From Camelus ferus (Eukaryota): a stretch of DNA of 64,000 nucleotides. Under the pieces are notes generated by a model. It was not told where the DNA came from and did not search any database. It saw nothing but the letters and a program-made list of their open reading frames with translations. The stretch lies in assembly GCF_009834535.1 (NCBI RefSeq), contig NC_045697.1:98954001-99018000 (forward strand), read 5' to 3'. Made by a program: the position numbers and the translations under genes. The first letter of the stretch is position 1, and each line of letters starts with the position of its first letter. Positions 52,482-64,000 of the stretch are shown piece after piece.

Positions 52482-54025
52482 CTGTGAGAGAAGGGAGAAC
52501 AAAAGGGAATAGTCAGACTGTGACTCAAGCCTCGGAAAAAAAGGATCACATCCAAGGAACTGCGTGCCCAGCTGTTGTTTCAGTGCTGACCTGTATGCAG
52601 TGCATCCTCTGAATTCTCCAAGATTGCTAGGAAGAATACTCCTGAGATAAGGGTAGGCTTAGAAACAGAGAGGGAGATTTAACTCCTCATCTCCTGGTTC
52701 CTATGAACCCTATTTCTCTGCTGGAGGAAACAGAGAAGAAAGAAGCCACAGGTGGAAACTGAGAATAAGCCTCATCTAAAGAAGTTTCCAAAGCTAGATG
52801 CCGACCAATACCGGGCAGTAGAAATCCTGGTGTTACCCTTTCCGCATATAAACCACCCATGCTTAGTTTCCCCCAAGAGTGGTCCAGAATTCACCAGCAG
52901 TTTTCAAGGGTCTTTCAGATGGCTTGCACAGAGTGGTCTCTAAAAATACAAATGTGGCTTAGAATGTGTAGATGTCTGCATATTTGTCTTAAGCCATTAA
53001 CGCATTATTTATCAGTGACAGTCATACTTGGTATCCAATCAAAAGTATCTCCTTCCATCTCTTTGGAAGATATATGGGGATTTACTGAAGTATGTCTGTG
53101 ATCTCAAGGGAAATGGCGCAAGTACTTAAGACAGCAGGCTAAAGCTTGCTGATATCATTAGCAGCTTGATAAAGTTTGATACCCATGGTCCTAGAACAGA
53201 AGAAAGCTCACAGAACTGCTCATGGTGATTTTATAAGAACTACTCTCTCTCCCCTCATAAAACACTTTTGGAATTTCGATAACATTTTTTTCAGTGTCCA
53301 CCTCACAGAGGCCATTATGCAGTGAAACTAACTTGACCAAAAAATTCCCTTCATGAGTTGAAATTTGGAATAAAAGACCAGCTCAAATTACTCTTAAATT
53401 TAAAACCTAAGATGTTTAGCAACAAAGACAATCTGATTATTTTAACATGTGCAGATAGCGCTCATTCGTTAACTCACTAACAAACATTTACAGAATGACT
53501 TCAAGTAGCGAGCATCGGGTGAGGATCCAGAGAGCATGACGAACAAAACAAACAGAAAAACAAGAGACATGTACTGGGGACAGGTGGGACCCAAAGGGGG
53601 CTGTGGGGACCGAGGTGGCCGCACCTGGCTCTGCCTAGAAAAGTCTTGTCTTGCTGTAATGAATGATAGCATATCTGTAATTATTAAATGAAAAGCACAG
53701 TCTAAAAAATGGTAGCCTCTGATTACATTGTAATTACACTATTTGTCGTCTCCCAAGGAGATAAATAGTTCTCTTTCAGTTTTGTTTGTACGATCCATGA
53801 TAAATCGGCCTAGTAAATTCATGAAGAGAATAAAGTGCACTTTAGCGTAGCCTTTGCATCAATAATCAAAATTCTAAATCTAGGAGGTCGGAATTAATGA
53901 GATTCGATGTCATTAGACTCCTCAATGAAAAAAAAAAGGAAGGACAACCTTGGTGAAGGATAACTAATCAACTGACATGATGCAATATACAGTGTGAAAA
54001 CCGATTTAATCGCCTCTCTGCATTT

Positions 54026-54219
54026 TGGGGATCTCCAAATAAAATACCGGATGCTTAGTTAAGTTTGAATTTCAGATAAACAACACATAAGCTTTTAGCA
54101 TGAGTGTGTCCCCAGTATTGAATGGGACATGGTTTTTTTTAAGATTTTTTTGTTACTTATCTGAAATACCATTTTAACTGGGTGCCCTGGATTTTTATTT
54201 GCTAAACCTGGCGACCTTA
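54026..54219. mobile_element. MER53-like palindromic hAT MITE
   Basis: Self-complementary arms: ATAAAATACCGGATGCTTAGTTAA..TTTCAGATAA..TGTCCC versus GGGACA..TTATCTGAAA..TTAACTGGGTGCCCTGGATTTTTAT. Confidence 0.75.
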
Positions 54220-54764
54220 TTGACTTTGAATTCTCAGCAGCACTCAAAATGTTACTGTGTGTGTTTGGACAGAATTATCCCCTAACAGACTGGTCTGCCA
54301 ATATTTCTCAGGTTTATGATCAAATCTACAAGGCATGAGTCTGGCGAATCAGTTAAACGATCGTATGGATTTGCACACATTTCCCTGCAACCGTACCCAG
54401 TAGCTTGTCCCACCCTCCCCTACAGCAGAGCCCACCTTGTTAGTATCACAATCCAGAGAACAAACTGCTATTCCCCTCTTAGCTCAACTGACATAAGGTA
54501 CACAAATGCAAATTCTTGGGGTTTGGAGAGCAAAACTTCCTGCATTATTGTCCAGCACCTGCCTGGGGAAACAGCTTAACTTCCTTGGAAAATTTTTTTG
54601 GGAGCTTGGATGGAATCTGATGACAGCAAAGGGTCATGCTAGCACATGAACTGAGGTCTCCTGAGCAATACCAATGACAAGGCTTTAAAATCTTTTTGTC
54701 ACTGAGGAAATTAAAAGCTTCTTAGCCGGGTGTTAAAGGCACTACCTTTCTTTTTCCTCCAAAG

Positions 54765-54972
54765 GAGGTTGGCAAACCAGGGCCTGCTGCCTGTTTTTGT
54801 AAATACAGTTTTACTGGAACACAGCCACGAACATTCCTTTCCGTATCCTCTGTGGCGGCTTTCACATGACAACAGCAGAGTTGAAGAGTTGCAACAGAGG
54901 CCGTATGTGGCCCCCAAAGCCTAAAATATTTACTGCCTCACCCTCTGCAGAAAGTTTGCTGACTCCTGCTCT
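54765..54972. mobile_element. MER58A-like hAT-Charlie remnant
   Basis: GGTTGGCAAAC..GCCTGTTTTTGTAAATACAGTTTTACTGGAACACAGCCAC..GCCTAAAATATTTACT..AAAGTTTGCTGAC. Confidence 0.75.
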
Positions 54973-57379
54973 GGAACCCTCTGTTCACACTGGTTTACTC
55001 ACTGGCTCAGAGCACACCTCTACGAATCGTAGCTTCCAAACCACGGTCTCCCTGCCTCTTCTCTTAAAACATATTTGACCAAACTTAAGCTCCTGAGGAC
55101 ACACTCAGGAGAAAAAAAAGTTACGGATCACATTTTCTTTTTTCCTTTTTTTTTTCATATAAAACAAAACAACTTTTGGAAAACAATGAATATTCTCCAA
55201 CCTCTGGCCTTTTTCTATTCAAAAAAGAAATCAACTATGAGAAAATGGCACTATTTTGTAGCCACTCAACTGTTACTATCTGGTCATATCTGAGAAATAA
55301 CTATGTAGAAAATAGGTTTCTGATCTTTCTTGCTGATATTGGGTGGGGACTTGTGTTCTGGAGGAAGTGGGTTCATGGCAGGCCTCCTCAGAGCCTACCC
55401 ATCCCCTGCACGGAGCCCGACTTCCCAGAGTCTCCCTTGACTTCTGCAACTAGCATCACTGGAGCCTAGTCATGGGCGAGTATGTGCCATGTCTTTATCC
55501 ACGGTGAGCTTACACGTCCTTTTTCTCTAACTCAATTGTTAAGCCCTTTCATAGGAACAAATCAGGCATTCTGTATTCCTCCCCTAACACGTAATAAACA
55601 TAGCATATCTGCAAGTGGCATTTCCTAAATGAAAGAGTGGAACTGGGAACTGGGATAATCTTGCTTTAAGAGAAGATTTAGAGGGAACACAAAGATTTAA
55701 CAATTTCCTCAAGTGCAGGGAGGATTCTCTATATGAAGTATGTGCGCATGCAGCCTGCAAGTTGGGGAAGTGTCATAAACTCGATGCTGTATTTCTCCAT
55801 TTGTAAACTGCAGCTACTAATACAGTTATTAAGGATTACATGGGTTAATATATATCAGGGGCTTAGAAGATGATCTGGGACATGGTGATTGCTCGAATAA
55901 ACAACAGCTATTAATATTAAGCATGTACATTCATGTATATGGTGGTGAGTTTTCTACTGAGAAACTGGGCTTCAAACAGCAGCATCAGGGAAATAGTTAT
56001 GAGACACTGGAATAGACAGAAATTTACAACACTGCTCTACATCTGCTTAAAAAAATAAAACAAGCAGGAACAATTCTCTCTGTCTGGGTGAAGGATGGAC
56101 TAAATGCTTTTTTAAGTAAAAAAAAAAGTAATATGTAAAAGGAACAAACAAAAACACAAAACACAAGTCAAACACTACAAAGATGTAGAAAGTGGAAATT
56201 CCCAGTACTCTTGCCCAACTTGGCATATACCATTTAAGACTTGTTCTTATTTGTGTATCAGGCATTCTTCCCACCTCTTATGGTGGTTATTTTAACAAAA
56301 ATGGGATCATGCTATACACAATGTTCTTGATTTGTATTTTCTTAAAGTCCCTTTCAACATCTTGGCAGATTCTTTAGTATGTTAAGAAGCTACAAAAATG
56401 GTTTGATTTTTCCAGTACCAGCATCTGAATCAAGTAACTCAAAAACATGGAGAAAATTTAAAGATCAATTTTAATTAAAGTTCTTTCTTCCCATATACAC
56501 ACAGACCATTTTCATCTGTTCTACCAAAGCTCTTGTACTTAAATTTCCAGTATTAAATTTAATTAGAAAATCTGACTGACAAAGAAATGAAAAAATTTTA
56601 TAATTGTTTACCTAGACTGATAACATCTGCATTCTATGCAAATATTTTCATTTAAAAATTCCCTTTAATACCTGAATACACAAAAGTGTTCTTAGGAAAT
56701 GAAACAGCCCCTGCTTTCCTTTATATTTTAGGCTCTAGAAGGTTTTGAGCTTTCTGCCTCATGAAGCATAAACTCTACTCCTTCCCCTCACTGTGTTCCC
56801 TTCCTTTTGTCAGATGTAGACTCAGAAGGGAAATTTTAAATGAAAGATAATTCTACTTTAAATTTCCATCTCTAACCAAATTAAATTGTGACTCTTAGCA
56901 TTAAAACATTGTTTTAGGAACTACTTGTATGACAATATATCTCTTTTTAAAAAAAAATTGAGATATAATTAACATAGAACATTATATATTATATAGAACA
57001 TTATACATTATCTCTTAAAATAGGGAAAACTAACTGAAGAAGGACATCGATAACAAACCCAAACTACCTGCTAGGGCTCCCTGCAACCAGAAACTTTGAC
57101 TTCTTCCAAGGTGTGATGTGCACACTGACTGGAGCACTGTCATGCTTCCGTGTCATATAGTGCAGTGTCGTCACAGCAGTTTATCCTTTAATAAAAGATG
57201 TATGAGTCTGTAGGATCTGATTGTTATAAAGGCCCAGGATAATAGTAAAATATTTGAAGAGCAATTAGTGAAATTCAGTTTTGCCCTCTAAAAGTAAACC
57301 CTGAGAAAACCCTGATGGCCACTGTTACCAACTGGTAATACTAGAAACAGCAGTAATAAAATATAATAGTGATAATAAT

Positions 57380-57815
57380 AATATTCCATCCTTGACTTTG
57401 AGGGCATTACGCTAAGTGAAAGAAGTCAAACAAAGATAAATACTGTATGTGCCCACTTACATGTGGAATCTAAAAACGTCTAATTCCTGGAATCAGAGAG
57501 TAGAGTGGTGGTTGCCAGGGGCTGGAGGGTGGGGGAAACGAGATGTTGGTCACAGGTACAAACTTCCAGTTATAAGATGAGTAAGTTCTGAGAATGTATA
57601 GCATAGTGAGTATAAATAACAATACTTTTTATATTTGAAAGTTGTTAAGACAGGAGATCTTAAATCTCATCACTGCACACACAAAGGCAATGACGTGAGG
57701 GAATGAAGGTGTAATTGTGGTAATCATTTCACAATATATACCTGTATCAAATCACGCTGTACACCTTAAACCTACATATGTTATATGTCGATGATATCTT
57801 AATAAAGCTGTAAAA
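57380..57815 (+). mobile_element. Old L1M 3' fragment
   Basis: GGCATTACGCTAAGTGAAA..CCACTTACATGTGGAATCTAAAAA..GGTTGCCAGGGGCTGG..AATAAAGCTG. Confidence 0.8.
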
Positions 57816-60278
57816 AATGCAGATACAGAGTAATAGAAAAAAAAAGTAGGCTTTCCTGTGAGGTATCCTCCACTTCGAGGCCTTAACAGGTTTTCTCATT
57901 CAATCTTCACATCAACTTGGAGAAGTAGATACAATTATCCTCAATTTTCAAATGAGGAAATAAGTTCAGGGAGGCCTGCTAGATTAGGGCTCTTCTGAGC
58001 TGATTCCTCAGGAAAAACCTCCCATCAATCTGCCAAGCTTCCACCAAGTTGTTCACACTCCCACAGGAGAGTAACTGACTTCAGCCCAGGACTCCTTTCA
58101 ACTTTTTGCAATTATAGCTAATGAGTGACCTCAGGTGAAATGAAAGCATGGAAGAAAGGCAGTCAGGATCAGAGCGATCTCCTTGCTACCTATTAGAGGA
58201 AGGTGGCAGATGTGGTGAGAAGTCAGGTGGCTCTGGAACTGAACTTACCTGGGCGTGACTCGCAGCTCCGGCTCTTACCAGCGAGGTGACCCGGGGCAAG
58301 TTATTTAATCTCCTTGTGCCTTAGTTTCTTCATTAGTAAAGAAAGGATTATAAAACCTACTTCACAGATGGTTATGAAGGCTTCGTGTCCAGTGTAGAGC
58401 AAATGGTAGGTATTCAAAGCTATCCATCTCGTCCCTACTCCTTTTCTTCTCACACATCACAAAAATGTTTGCCTCACTCAGAACTGTTCCTTAGAATACA
58501 GTTGAATATACGTGTTGAACCTGCTTCCAACAAAAGCTGAATGACTATCAGCAACCTAGAAGGCACTTTTGCCTTGTGTGGGAGGTTGGAATACATGACT
58601 TCAGAAATCCATTCCAACTTCAACTTCTCTGAAATGAGAGCAAGCACTTTCTAAAAACCAAACACAAGGACTCCTGCACAGACCCATCACCTGAAAAAAA
58701 ATCAGCCCTCCCAGTAGCTCATCAGATGGGCAGCTTCACTAAGGTTATCTGGTCAACCATCCACTACAAGCAGCCCTCTTAGCCAGACTCATTAGTGTAA
58801 CAAATCAATGTCAGAAATGACGTGGGCAGAGGAGAATGGAGTTGTGGGGTAGCAAATAATACTTTGAAATTTAACTGGCATGGTAAGAGGAAGTATCAAT
58901 AATATTAAAGAAAAAAATGAATTCACTTATCTCTATCTCATAATCAGGCTAAAAACCACACGACGCCCTAATATTACACAGCCCAAAGAAATCAGCAATG
59001 AAATACCTCTCCTTACCATTCTAAGATTTCAAGAAGTCCTGCTAAATTGTCTTTACATCCACAAATTTTGGTTGAAATAAGAACAATTAAGGGAAAAAAA
59101 TACATTAACATGAAAATCCAGAACCTGGGATGAGTGTAAAAATTAGAGATGTGTATACTGAAGTATTCTGCACACTAAACATGCTGTCATACCCCACAGT
59201 ACTCCACCACTGGTGCCAGAGAGGCTGCAGAGCCACACCAGCCAAGTCTCCAAAGTTTTCTCCTCATGGCACAAATGCTTTTATCTCAGGACCAGAGTAG
59301 ATGTGAGTAAGTCTCAATTACCTAATCTTGGGGCAATCTTCTTTCTTTAAAAAAAAGGGGGTGGGAGACAGTAACTGCTTGAAAAGATAATTTTTTAAAA
59401 ATCAGGTCAATTTTCTCATTCATTCCTCATTTGTGGGATAAACTATATGGTAAAAGATGAGTGGTCTGACTTGAGGTTTCCAACATAATAAGCTGGTTGT
59501 AACTTAAGGGAAGACGAGCCAACTATTGGTTAAGATCTCAAAACTAGCAAACATTCTGAAGCTTCTGAAGCTGAGATGGGAGTAAAAGGTAAAAATTTAC
59601 ATTTTGGCTATTTGAACTGATTTAGAAATTAGATAGTTCTTTATTTTACCTTGAATGTATTTAATTAAGATGCTTGAATTCTCTGCCAACAGCGGTTCAC
59701 CTCTGTGACATGAGGGTGGGGTCAAAAAATAAGGGAGCAGGTTCACTTTTTACATTTCTGTATTTCTTAAAGTTCTTTATTCTACCAAGTATTTGCTATA
59801 CATATAATTTAAAAAGAAAATGAAATATTCTACTTCTGTTTTGCCAGCCCATTTTTCCTGGTCATCTGAATAATTAAAATTCTTATTCAGATTTATCATG
59901 TTCTATGTAAGGGGGAAAGTTGATTCGAGAGTTTTCTTAACCTAAATTGGTATTTGTTTTAAAATCTCATAAATCACACACCCAGTTTATGGCACCAGAT
60001 TGTGGTGATAGTTTCATGAACATGTACTTAACTCCAAATACATCAAGTTGTTAAATATATACAGCTTTTTTAGATGTGAATCATGAGGCCTCCATAAAGT
60101 GGGTTAAAAAAAAAAATCACACATCCAGGTTCAGGTTTTATATAAGATTAGAATGCCTCAGGCCTCAGGTCTTCTAAGTGACAAAAAGTGTCACTTACAC
60201 TTTTTGATTTTGCAAACAAACCCCCTGATCAGCATGTAAGTCAGTACTACAGGCTCGAACAACTTTTAAAAAACTCGA

Positions 60279-60436
60279 GGTGGAGGGTATAGCTCAGTGG
60301 TACAATGCATGCTTAGCATGCACAAGGTGCTGGGTTCAATCCCCAGTACAACCACTTAAGAAATAAATATATAAATAAACCTAACTACCTCCCCACACCA
60401 AAAAAAAAAAAAAAAAAAACCAAAAACCAAAAAAAC
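60279..60436 (+). mobile_element. tRNA-derived SINE (Vic-1 type, long tail)
   Basis: SINE head, ATAAACCTAACTACCTCCCC segment and a long poly(A). Confidence 0.9.
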
Positions 60437-61749
60437 ACAACCCTCTAACAGAAATTTTGTTTCCTCAATTATTATTTCAAAACCTTGATTTCGGTCTTTT
60501 TGGAGGAAGTTTTCCAGACTAAAGCCTTCGGTCTGGCAGTAAAAGCACTGAGTGCCCACTTTATTTTACCCAATACATCAGACACTAAAAACGGGGAGAG
60601 TAATAGGGAGAAAAATTAACACAGCAATGTAAACTAAGCTGCCGCGTCAAGGAGAGACAGTGACTTCTCCATGGCCAAGTCCCGCACCCCTCTTAGAAAG
60701 ACCTAATAGATACCCCAGCTTTTATTTCAGTCATGAGACTTTCACTAATTTTTCCGCAAATCCTTTCAGCATATGTTTCATAACATGATCATTCCTGGGC
60801 TTAAGGAAGAAGGTGACGATGACCTTTGAGAATCTGTCACCAAATGGCTTCATCACGTGTCATAAAAGCAGTGATGCTGACCTTCTCCCCTCAAGATATC
60901 AGCCCTCATCCATCTGGAGAAGCTAACAAGAGTGACCTTTTCAGGTCCTTGCTGATACCATTACTCTCTGAGTCTGTCATTGGACCTAAGCCATGGTGTT
61001 AGAGGGGTAGGTTTAAAAATTAGCGAATTAGTGCCTCAGAAAGAAAAGAGAGTCAATGAATTTCTTTCTGTTCCATAGGTAGCTACTGGCCTAGTGCTTC
61101 AGCCTGACCTAGTGCTTTCCCTGGTCATGACCCACATGCAAATCCCTGCATCTGCATGGCACACTGAGGGGACTGGATGAAACTGGTCGGGGCCAGAGTG
61201 ACTGGCTTGACAGAGGGAGGGAGGTGCTTGGAAAATCTCAGGACCCCACTCTGCCACCTAAGGGCTCATTCCTCATCAAACTACCAGACTTAAAGCATGA
61301 GCCTGTGTGTGTGTGCATGTGCCCGCGTGTGTGTGAATTCTACCCTCTTTTTCACCCCCATACTCATTCAGCAAGACTTTTTTTTTTAGTACCAAATTAA
61401 GGGAAAGTGCTGTGAAGCGTAGAAGATGAAACAGACACAGATTCTACCCCCAAGGAAACCTCTCCCCTGTAGGGGAAATAAGACTTTTATATAAATATAT
61501 ACTTGTTGAGTGAATAAAGGAATAACTGCAGCATGAGGTAAATAGTGACACTTTCTAGAAAAACGAGCTATAAATAAACTTCTGTGGAAATGAGGCAGGA
61601 AAAGTTTCCCTCTGGACAGGTTATGGGGATCGTGAGAAAAGCAAGCACTGATACCCATCCAGTAAGAAGGCTCTACGGGACTCAGGCATCCACCAGGGCA
61701 GAAGAAAGGAAATAGAGTATTTGACCATTTAAATTGTACAGTTTGGGAA

Positions 61750-61910
61750 GCAGGGAGGGTATAGCTCAGTGGTAAAGTGTGTGCTCAGCATGCACGAGAC
61801 CCTGGGTTTAATCCCCAGCACCTCTGTTAAAAAATTTTTTTTAAATAAAATAAATAAAAATATAATTAATCCCCTAAAACCTCCATTAAAAAACTTTTTA
61901 AAATAAAATA
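61750..61910 (+). mobile_element. tRNA-derived SINE (Vic-1 type)
   Basis: SINE head and A/T-rich tail. TSD-like TGTACAGTTT at 61735 and 61914. Confidence 0.88.
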
Positions 61911-62675
61911 AAATGTACAGTTTATAAGTCAAGTTCTGCTAAAAAGAGGTAGGACGTGGAGTTGGGGACAATGGGAAAGAGAATTAAAATAAAAATGTAT
62001 AGAAGCTCTCTGATAGGTTTTTATTGCCCTCCTCATGCCTCCTTATATCAGATAATTCAGATAATTGAGAGCCTGAGGATCTGTTAATATTTTTTAAAGC
62101 AGCTCACTCCACCTACAGAAAAGGGATTCCAGGTCACAAGCCAATCCCTGAGCTCACCCTTCAACCATCAGCTTAGACATGTCCTTTCCTGAAGGAATCC
62201 CAAGGTTTAGGAAGCTTCAGCTCATCACCAACGTCAGGGATTTAGTAAGTCCTGCTGTGTCCCACAGAATCCGAGAGCCTGCCGTGGCTAAATCCATTTG
62301 TATTACCCAATCAAGTGGTATGAAAAGAGCTGGTCCTTCCGCGGCTCTGAATTCCTCTAAGTGCTAGAGAAATTCATACGGCCACTCTTCATCTCCGAAG
62401 CTGACACGGTTTCAAAGTCACTGTTGGAAAGCTGGGCAACCACATCTCTTCTCGAAAGAGGAAAGTCCTAGATCTTCCCACCTATCCCAAGGCGGTGAGG
62501 AGCTTCTGCCTCCAACATTCTCATACAGGAGGTGAAAGCAAGGTAAAAAGAACCCTGCTGTGAAAAATATTCTAACTAGAGGTAGCACACAGGAAATACC
62601 AGTTATGACGTCGGCAGTAAGGTATCACACATGACGTCCAGTCACCCCCACGACAAGCACTTAAAACCCTGTGAG

Positions 62676-63802
62676 TCTGGAGCTGTTCACCATCTAGGTC
62701 TACCTCTCCGTGTCTTCCTGCTTGGACTGTGATGATGTGGCTTTGAAGGACTTTGCTAAATATTCTCTTGACCAATCTCATGAGGAGAGAGAATATTCTG
62801 AGAAAATTACGAAGCTGCAGAACCAATTCATTCAGAAGGGGCTGAATCTTCTTTCAGGAGATCAAGAAACCAGACCACGATGTCTGAGAGCGGCTGAACG
62901 CAATGGAGTGAGTGTGCGTTGTGCTTGGAAACAAAGCATTCATCTGTCATTACTGGGACTCTACAAACTGACGCTGACAAAAAAGATCCCCGCTTGGGTG
63001 ACTTTGTGAGACTTACTATCTGAACGAGCAGGTGAAATCCATCAAAGAGCTGGATGACCACCTAACCAACTTGTGCCAGGTGGGGGCCCCTGAATCTGGC
63101 ACGGTGGGGGCTCTCTCTGACAAGAGGCAGTGACGGCAGAGCTGAGTCTCAGGCCACAGCCATGGGGGTGGAACCGAGCAGGACCCTTTGGGGCCATCCT
63201 GGGACAGACCCCTCCCCCATATCCTCTGCTGTAGCTCCTCTCTGAAGGACCCAGATAATAGTATCTGGTGCAGATTTCCTGAGTTGTTTTACTGATGGAA
63301 GAAATTAACTACCTGATGACCATGAGCATGTAGCCCCCAGACCTTCTGGCACCTAAGGATTGATAGTGTTAACCCGAGACTCCGCCCTGTTACCTCACCG
63401 TCAGCCAATCAGAAAATTGTGCACCAGCTGATCACACTCCCTGTGACTCCCCTCCCTCACCTGGCCTTTAAAAATGCTTCCTTGAAACCCATTGGGGAGT
63501 TCGGGTGTTTTGAGCATTAGCTGTCCCAGACTCCTTGTCTGGCGCCCTGCAATAAACATTGTACTTTCCTTTACCACAACCCGGTGTCAGTATATTGGCT
63601 TTACTGTGGGGGTGAGTGGACCCAAATTTGGTTTGGTAACTGGGAGTGACTTTCCTGGCCCCCAAAGCAGTACATGTATGTTGAGGATACTTGGACCTTT
63701 TCTCTAAGTTGTACTAAAACATCCACTTAAATTCTCTCATTTGTATCATTCCTCCAAAGAAAGTAATTTGGTACCTACCCCCTCCCCAAAAAAAACCAAA
63801 AC
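62676..63802 (+). pseudogene. FTH1: 5'-truncated processed pseudogene of ferritin heavy chain (FTH1), interrupted by an LTR, antisense within SETD7 intron 2
   Basis: Intronless ferritin-H peptides ([51 protein letters not shown]) with frameshifts. The FTH1-type 3' UTR resumes after the LTR (GTGACTTTCCTGG..AAGTTGTACTAAAACATCCACTTAA). Decayed poly(A) signal AAGAAA at 63757-63762; A-tail ~63788-63806. Imperfect TSD AAAAC(CC)TGTGAG at 62663-62675 and 63803-63813, with a TT/AAAA site. Confidence 0.93.
63169..63641 (+). mobile_element. Solo ERV1-class LTR inserted in the FTH1 retrocopy 3' UTR
   Basis: Starts TGGAACCGAG and ends TTTGGTAAC(T). GC box ~63380, CCAAT 63405-63409, TATA-like TTTAAAAA 63467-63474, AATAAA 63551-63556. 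G-rich short TSD on both sides; FTH1 sequence is continuous across the insertion. Confidence 0.85.
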
Positions 63803-63819
63803 AAAACTGTGAGGGGTAC

Positions 63820-63949
63820 CTGCCATCGAAGAAGAAGAACTTCCCCCGTCCATTCTTTTCTCCATGAACAAAGTTGCCCTCAAATCTGTCAGTGGAGGAG
63901 TAGGTGACGGTGCAGAAGCCGTGTGGTAATCCGTCATCATCCAGGTGCC
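63820..63949 (-). CDS. SETD7: SETD7 exon 2 (130 bp): (G)HLDDDGLPHGFCTVTYSSTDRFEGNFVHGEKNGRGKFFFFDG(S); exon 1 is outside the window
   Basis: Lies within ORF 63714..63974. Acceptor ttctccag|GG, donor CAG|gtaccc. Exons 2-8 total 1061 nt; with the expected 40-nt exon 1 this gives 366 aa plus stop. Confidence 0.98.
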
Positions 63950-64000
63950 CTGGAGAAAGGGGACCACAAGGCAAACCTTCACATCTTCAACGCTCCCCAG

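Noticed and set aside
8497..61910. Seven tRNA-like sequences as tRNA genes
   Set aside because: They have A-rich tails and TSDs, diverge from one another, and lack a proper acceptor stem. They are tRNA-derived SINEs.
62710..63009. Ferritin-like ORF as a coding gene
   Set aside because: 5'-truncated, GTG start, multiple indels, and it leaves the ferritin frame after KLQNQ. It is a pseudogene.

Overview
Mammalian genomic DNA, very probably a camelid, judging by seven Vic-1-type tRNA-derived SINEs and young L1s. The main feature is the lysine monomethyltransferase gene SETD7 (SET7/9) on the minus strand. Coding exons 2-8 were mapped base by base with canonical GT-AG junctions and an intact frame (63949 to stop at 33111). 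They are followed by a long 3' UTR, probably ending near 27540; exon 1 lies beyond the window. The first ~945 bp look like the AT-rich 3' UTR and poly(A) site of a convergent + strand gene, which would be RAB33B by synteny. There are two processed pseudogenes. One is an H3.3 (H3F3A) retrocopy with a 15-bp TSD and an 11-bp frameshifting deletion. The other is a 5'-truncated FTH1 retrocopy, interrupted by a solo ERV LTR, whose TSD sits at +7..+17 of SETD7 intron 2. The remainder is mostly LINE/SINE/LTR/DNA-transposon debris and simple repeats. I found no CRISPR array, prokaryote-type system or novel intact protein-coding gene. The best leads are: the nested FTH1/LTR insertion that remodels the exon-2 donor region, an apparent C288R change in the SET domain, inverted repeat pairs in introns 6-7, a G4-forming 61-bp VNTR, and an unexplained gap-free 122-bp duplication. 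Repeat family names and comparisons with human sequences come from memory, not a database search.
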